A stretch of DNA of 44,820 nt. It comes from Bacteriovoracaceae bacterium. Lineage in GTDB: Bacteria > Bdellovibrionota > Bacteriovoracia > Bacteriovoracales > Bacteriovoracaceae. Positions 40,301 to 44,820 of the stretch are shown piece after piece; within the stretch, counting starts at the first letter, position 1; every line of letters starts with the position of its first letter. The stretch spans positions 1-44,820 of the forward strand of contig JBFGZE010000018.1 in NCBI GenBank assembly GCA_041586955.1. Reading direction: 5' to 3'. Under the pieces are notes generated by a model, which saw only the letters and a list, made by a program, of their open reading frames with translations, did not search any database and had not been told where the DNA came from. The position numbers and the translations under genes are program-made.

Positions 40301-40887
40301 CCGCCCTTTTCTTCATACCCTAAAAGAGAAATTTTTAAAGAGAGTGTTCCGCCATCACCAGGTGCGGCGCCACCACAATCACTACCAGCAGAAAAAGTAC
40401 CGGGGATAGCTCCACAGGAGCGAAAATTGAGCGGGGAGAATTGATTACTTGAGAAATTATTGGATGCTTGCTCTCCTTTGAGGATGGACCCTGCACAATT
40501 TGCACTATTAAGGTTAAAGGGAATTGAAATATCTCCCCCTTTAAGTTCCACATTGCCGACAAAGCCACAAAGGTGAGTTCCTGTTAATTCTTTTAATCCC
40601 GCAGCATGAGAAGGAGAGCCTTCCCAAATGACCGCATAAAAGTCCCAAGTGCCATTAGATAATTGTACATTGGCATCAGAATCACTACGAATGGGAAGAG
40701 CGAGGCCATCACCATTACTGAGATTTTTACCATAAACCATAACACCGCCCTCAGAGGCAATGCCACTGAGCGCGCGCGCTGAAAGGAGACTAAAATGAGT
40801 CGCTGTCTTTTTCCCTTTTTTCCCAGCACAGGACGGCAGGACTAAAAGTCCTATGAGTAAAATTAACATCGCCTTAGCATTAAACAT
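37330..40887 (-). CDS. Large surface lipoprotein: two FN3-like repeats, two cadherin/He_PIG-like domains, RCC1 beta-propeller
   Basis: Lipobox LPSC after ATG 40887 (AAGGAAG Shine-Dalgarno). Duplicated WxxASP…YTDxxC and TYSC…FNSxTGVxDWTP…GxYE units, and seven GxxHxC…CWGxxxxGxxG repeats. Confidence 0.9.
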   Translation of the reverse strand: MFNAKAMLILLIGLLVLPSCAGKKGKKTATHFSLLSARALSGIASEGGVMVYGKNLSNGDGLALPIRSDSDANVQLSNGTWDFYAVIWEGSPSHAAGLKELTGTHLCGFVGNVELKGGDISIPFNLNSANCAGSILKGEQASNNFSSNQFSPLNFRSCGAIPGTFSAGSDCGGAAPGDGGTLSLKISLLGYEEKGGVFLPQGALTSRCIEVADMDSSDIVTPLGTSMVQMFAYRFHYYNQINCGGSEIKVNYRHGPLFPANPNDTAVFTSGNENYLLFSGQAPAPFIVLNPPVDINIANASAYNLSGICDSTGGNVDIHFNGNSVATTTCTGGSWSSGSLNIPLLGGAEPAQGNVAINIIYDSGPNASSNVTYDNIAPASPSGLGWVQASPYSGASVSAAWTPSADIASQQIDYYTDASCITAAGTSNTLGAIATNDSFSGSDGDYYYTVTAFDNVGNQTISTCSSGMTIDTTAPLAASALNWVEASPLDGVTATATWTVSGSSDINTQSVFVYTDSGCTISAGVYNGLGDGITTQSHTGSDNEDLYFKVKVYDHAGNSTSSSCSLTAMQLRQNDPPILDSIADQLGVSENSPISQINPGDGGDDLDSDFDPITYSCQYDSTADGTLAGGMNCTMITGLIFNSTTGVIDWTPDYSQAGTYELHISGSDGSLADDEIVVITVSNVNRVPDLDPVSGPISIPQDDPSIIWDAGDNGNDFDIDLEALTYSCYFEIGTPDNSVVQNLGTVCNGTNLPGISFNSSTGVLDWTPTSSQLGEYEFKIMASDSSGGIDFQYIHVRVLPIVFKDLAAGNNHTCGIDDRSRVFCWGDNSSGQIGAGTATSNYHIPTLVDDTALGSNYFVGIKSGANHVCGIADDAKIWCWGKNTNGEMGINNINANQKPTASVDESNLGTEYFVDIALGQAHTCGLTNVGNVFCWGNDSAGQLGNDISNASSYIPVAINTSVIGGDTIIKIGAGDYHTCAMGSSRKTYCWGNGQYGRLGDSYTTNRFTPVEVDSTNWNGTNEEMAQLSGGNEHTCAVTEPQNKTYCWGNNSDGRLGDGSQVAKSIPVLIDESNLGGNYFIEVASGWNHTCGQTDIGDVFCWGSNSYGQLGKGAGGDEVKPVAIISGTIGNEPIDHITVGQDHSCIVGQWGNIHCWGYDGSGQLGNGSGVTANQSSATLVDFNATP

Positions 40888-41324
40888 TGTCTTCCTTTCT
40901 AATCGTTTATTCTTAATTCTGATTCTACCTCCACCCCCTGATGAATCATAAAAATAAAAAAAAGTCCCTATAAACAATAACTTGCAAACACACTCAAAAT
41001 ATTTTTTTTGGCCTAACTGCCAATAATTTTACTCTATTTCCTAACCGAGTATCGCTCACTTATTACTTGCATAAGACATTACGTCTCGTCTTAGAGCATT
41101 TTCCCATTTTAATATTTCGAAAATTAAGACAATTCCCTAATTCCTAGGGTCACAAGGCCGTATTCTGTGAAATATGTCCTATTAATAGACAGAAAATTTA
41201 AATAAAGTAATAAGTACAAAATACGTGTGACGTATAAAAAATTAGTTCATGATTGAGGAGTATTATTAATGATGTCTCGAATCCAGTAAGGTGAATCACC
41301 ACCGGCCGGGAGACAGACCAAAAA

Positions 41325-43658
41325 ATGAGTCATGTGGCACGCTTAATTATCGTTATGTTTTCCCTTATCATTGTTATGCGGTCTACGGCAGCGGGGCCAT
41401 TTAAAGAATATAAGCTTTTAAGAGTGGATAGAGAAAACGATAAAGCTCAAAAAACGACGAATAAACCTCTCACAAAAAAAAGTTTTTATTCATCCCAAAA
41501 AATAAATACATGTCCTCAGGTTCTTCTTGAATCTCTTTCACATATTTATTCAAATGGCACGGTTGGTAATATCAATTATATTTTTTCCGATGGAAGTCTT
41601 AAGGATCCAAGAAATGTTTGCTCCGCTTCGGCCAATAACCTTAAAAAAGTAGATCCAATCAAACTCGATAACCAGATCAAGAATAAATTTCCAAACGATC
41701 AGCAACTAAGTGACATCGCAGACCTTTGCATCAGAGAATATCAAGAATCAATTGAAGTTGATAGAAAGACCGAAGACAAACAATTAGCGATGTCATACCT
41801 TATCTATGATTTCAATTATAAGAATCATCTCATTACGAATGTTCTCATGGATTTGCTAGATCTTAAAAGTCAAATGAACGCAATAATTAGTGGAGAACAG
41901 CAAGACTGCAAACAGCTAACGGGACAAGGCCTTATCAAAAGTTGTCAATCTATAACTGATTGCTCACATCAGAATCAAAAAAAGCTATTTGATATAAAGG
42001 CCAATGATCTTTACCAAGGTTTTAAAAAAATACTCCTACTTGAAAATGAGTATAATAAACTTAGAAATAAAAAAGGGCATATCACGAATTATTCCAAAGC
42101 AAAAGAAATTACGGAAGTCATAAAAGTCATTGAATATGCCAATCCCCTTTTAATGGGAGAACACTTGAAAAAAGTGAGAGCACAATATAAAACAAAAAAG
42201 GTCTACAAAAATAATAATATTCCTATTATCGACTCTTGGACATTTAACACAATTATAAAAAAACAACTTGAAACCGCATCTCTGAAAATTGATACCAAAA
42301 TTTCAGACTTTACCCACGCTCACAACTGCCTCAACGGTAAGGAGTTTGATTGTGATGACTTTCATGAAATAATCGTCCAGGCCAAGTATAATCCACCAAC
42401 ATTTTTTACCGAAAATGCTCAAGAAATCAATAAGGCGGCGGTGTTCCATTCATGTATAGAAAGGATCAAGAAAGCAAGAAATGAGGCCGATAAAGTTCTT
42501 GATGAAGTGGTCATCAACACGGCCCTAACATTCACCCCATTAGGAGCAATTGGCCTGATTAAAAGTGCCTCATCAGCTATTAAAAGCGTCCGCATTTTAA
42601 ATAATTTAAAATGGCTCAAAAAAAGCACTGCACGAGCAGGGATGACTGCTGACATTGGTTACGGAGGCATGCAAAGTGCACAACTTTATCGAAAATGTCA
42701 AAAAGCAAAACAGGAACTCGATATTTTAGGAAAAGGCCAAGTTCGATCATGCCAAGACATAGAAAAATTAATGATTGCAAACTCCCATAATAATAGATGT
42801 GAAACTGAACTAATTTTAACGGCAGCTCTCATGGCCCCCCTGACTTATAGTGGACTGAAGCTGCATCATGTTAACTCAGGCCTACGCACAGATGCTCAGC
42901 TTCTTTTAGAAAAAGTGAGAAAAGGAAAGTCTCTTACAACTCAAGAGGAGCTGCGACTTCTAGAGTTTTATAAAAAAAATAACCCGATAGACAAGCTAGT
43001 CATAAAAAAAATTAGTCCAGAACAAAGAAGCTTTGTTGAACAGACACTCAAAAAATTATACGCTCAAAAAGATGTTCATCCAAATGATCTCATTAGACTC
43101 TCAAAACTTATTAGGCCAACAAATCCCCCTATGCTTATGGTATCTCGATTTACTAATGCGGAAAAAATCCTTGAGAGTAAAAGATTATGGGGAAAAACAG
43201 AAGGCGCCGTCTACTCATCTCCTCGCCCAGCAGAAACATTTTCCCAACATATTAAGTCAGGAGTCATTCGTAAAAAAGATCAAACAACCTTTATCTTCAC
43301 TCCTCAAGCAGCAGCACTTTTTAAACCACATGAGATTGAAGGAATTTATAGTGGATATAAAAGGCTCGTAGGACAGCACAAGGGCCCCTTTGGGGATATT
43401 ATTATTGAAGAACACTCTCAAATGATCAAAGGGACGACCATTATCAATGAAAAGGCCATTCCCCATAATTATGTCGTCATAAAAAAAGCACGTCGTACCG
43501 ATCCAACGAAAGGAGAGAAACTTTTTGCACCCGAAAATCAAAGCGCCACAAAAGCGGCTTTGAGAAAAGCAGGTCGCATTGCCACCATAGAAACATCTGC
43601 TGGATTAATTGCATTTTTTGGCTGGGTTCACGCGGCCAATCTAGTCGAAAACGAATAA
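41325..43658 (+). CDS. Large secreted hypothetical protein
   Basis: 777-aa ORF with a signal peptide, Cys pairs, internal hydrophobic segments and a distinct C-terminal domain. Confidence 0.8.
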   Translation: MSHVARLIIVMFSLIIVMRSTAAGPFKEYKLLRVDRENDKAQKTTNKPLTKKSFYSSQKINTCPQVLLESLSHIYSNGTVGNINYIFSDGSLKDPRNVCSASANNLKKVDPIKLDNQIKNKFPNDQQLSDIADLCIREYQESIEVDRKTEDKQLAMSYLIYDFNYKNHLITNVLMDLLDLKSQMNAIISGEQQDCKQLTGQGLIKSCQSITDCSHQNQKKLFDIKANDLYQGFKKILLLENEYNKLRNKKGHITNYSKAKEITEVIKVIEYANPLLMGEHLKKVRAQYKTKKVYKNNNIPIIDSWTFNTIIKKQLETASLKIDTKISDFTHAHNCLNGKEFDCDDFHEIIVQAKYNPPTFFTENAQEINKAAVFHSCIERIKKARNEADKVLDEVVINTALTFTPLGAIGLIKSASSAIKSVRILNNLKWLKKSTARAGMTADIGYGGMQSAQLYRKCQKAKQELDILGKGQVRSCQDIEKLMIANSHNNRCETELILTAALMAPLTYSGLKLHHVNSGLRTDAQLLLEKVRKGKSLTTQEELRLLEFYKKNNPIDKLVIKKISPEQRSFVEQTLKKLYAQKDVHPNDLIRLSKLIRPTNPPMLMVSRFTNAEKILESKRLWGKTEGAVYSSPRPAETFSQHIKSGVIRKKDQTTFIFTPQAAALFKPHEIEGIYSGYKRLVGQHKGPFGDIIIEEHSQMIKGTTIINEKAIPHNYVVIKKARRTDPTKGEKLFAPENQSATKAALRKAGRIATIETSAGLIAFFGWVHAANLVENE

Positions 43659-43760
43659 TTAAAAATTTCCATTCATATTCATTTAAGAACAATTGTATAA
43701 AGTTTAGACAAAATCATAAAGAGGTGGGCCTCATTTATTATTACTTAAAAGTAATATTCT

Positions 43761-43776
43761 AGGCACGACATTTGCA
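43761..43776 (+). promoter_or_regulatory. Sigma-54 (-24/-12) promoter
   Basis: AGGCACGACATTTGCA, i.e. GG-N10-GC, one mismatch to TGGCACGNNNNTTGCW. Confidence 0.7.
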
Positions 43777-43787
43777 TAAAAATGCTC

Positions 43788-44820
43788 ATGGAAAGAGAAA
43801 CTTTGATTAAACCATTACTTTGGTTTTTATCGCTTACCGTTTTATTGGGTGTCAACTCCTGCTCTAATAAAGTGGAAGATATTAGTCCCCAGATGCAGGG
43901 ACACGCCAGCTTTGACGTCAAAAAGGCACAATTTCAAAGTCTTGAAACTCTTTCATCAGGAAAGTATTCCAAATGGCCACAAATTCACGATCAAGCTAAT
44001 ATAAAGCTCACCTTTTGTCTGGAAGATCAAGGCCTCACTCATAAAATTCGTCAACAAATTTTTACTATCCAAACTCCTTTTTCACAGTCTCAAGAAAGAA
44101 CCGATAATGATGGCTGCCTCGTGGTTAACGACCTCGTACCTTTTAATCTTTTTGGTGAAGACCGACATAGTCATTACCCTATTATCATAAAGGGTCAGGC
44201 ACCTTATAACGGCGAAGTGTCCATTCCTCTATTAATCAACCCATTTATAACAAACAATAAGGCCTTAATCGATTTACGGTTCGACCAAAAACAAACCAAG
44301 GTCCAATCCGGTAATCATTTACACAAAAAAAATCATTGGCAATTAGGAAAAATGGCCTGGCAACCAATGCCCAAGAGCAAAAAAGAAAACATTAACACAC
44401 GCTCCATTCAAATTGCTTTAACCCCACATTTTTGGCGTTATAATGAAAAGGGAGAATTGTTCAAATGGCCAATAGTGCAGGGACTTTTCCACCTCAAGCT
44501 AAAAGTCCTGCAAAGTCTTCCTGGTGATAAGTGGGAACAAATCACCGGAACAAATAAAACGATAGAATTAAAAGAAGGTATTGAGTTTTTCACCCTCCAT
44601 CTTCCTTATTCGCCCGCACTAGCAAAGGGAGGCCAGGAGCAAATTCTTCACTTATCATTGAGTCCTCTAGAGGCGCCTAAAAGCATAACTAGTCAGATTT
44701 ATACTGCTCCTCTTCCCCATCTTTTAAAGATGAAAACACTCAATCTCACCCCTGCTCAAAGACCAATCATCATCATTGGCCATAAGGAACAACGCCTATC
44801 CAAAAACGAAAACCACGACA
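43788..44820 (+). CDS. Hypothetical lipoprotein, 3'-truncated by window edge (absent from ORF track)
   Basis: Read manually: MERETLIKPLLWFLSLTVLLGVNSC… stays open to the window end. Contains RTDNDGCL and IPLLINPF. Confidence 0.8.
   Translation, partial: MERETLIKPLLWFLSLTVLLGVNSCSNKVEDISPQMQGHASFDVKKAQFQSLETLSSGKYSKWPQIHDQANIKLTFCLEDQGLTHKIRQQIFTIQTPFSQSQERTDNDGCLVVNDLVPFNLFGEDRHSHYPIIIKGQAPYNGEVSIPLLINPFITNNKALIDLRFDQKQTKVQSGNHLHKKNHWQLGKMAWQPMPKSKKENINTRSIQIALTPHFWRYNEKGELFKWPIVQGLFHLKLKVLQSLPGDKWEQITGTNKTIELKEGIEFFTLHLPYSPALAKGGQEQILHLSLSPLEAPKSITSQIYTAPLPHLLKMKTLNLTPAQRPIIIIGHKEQRLSKNENHD

Noticed and set aside
957..43692. Many 60-140 aa overlapping ORFs in the track (e.g. 17705-18121, 17725-18099, 34880-35284, 43033-43371)
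   Set aside because: They are shadow or alternate-frame ORFs inside well-supported genes, with no motifs or ribosome-binding sites.
1..44820. CRISPR arrays, tRNA/rRNA genes, IS elements
   Set aside because: No regularly spaced direct repeats, cloverleaf or rRNA signatures, or transposase motifs were seen by eye. A covariance-model search was not possible.

Overview
This is a roughly 40% GC bacterial chromosomal segment. Many Cys-rich secreted hypothetical proteins, sigma-28 and sigma-54 promoter motifs, an RCC1/Ig-like surface lipoprotein and degenerate HD/REC signalling proteins suggest a predatory Bdellovibrionota (Bacteriovoracaceae-like) organism; this is inference, not a database result. 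Recognisable genes include a di-haem cytochrome c peroxidase, Na/Pi-cotransporter-like protein, acyl-CoA dehydrogenase, MnmD-like methyltransferase, nitronate monooxygenase/FabK, htpX, a cyclic-nucleotide-gated K+ channel, tldD-pmbA, a KamA-family radical SAM enzyme, a zincin plus Ddl-like ATP-grasp pair, and plsC. The main unexplained structure is two different tyrosine recombinases 25 kb apart. Each is preceded by its own near-perfectly symmetric dif-like 11-6-11 bp site (2313-2340 and 27849-27876), and the second site overlaps a well-formed sigma-70 promoter. Other leads are a secreted atypical kinase-like protein, a possible ADP-ribosyltransferase-like effector, strong GGCC over-representation, a candidate small RNA, three exactly spaced sigma-28 promoters and a gene split by one in-frame TAA. 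I saw no rRNA, tRNA, CRISPR array, transposase or phage structural gene. All family calls come from reading motifs by eye.
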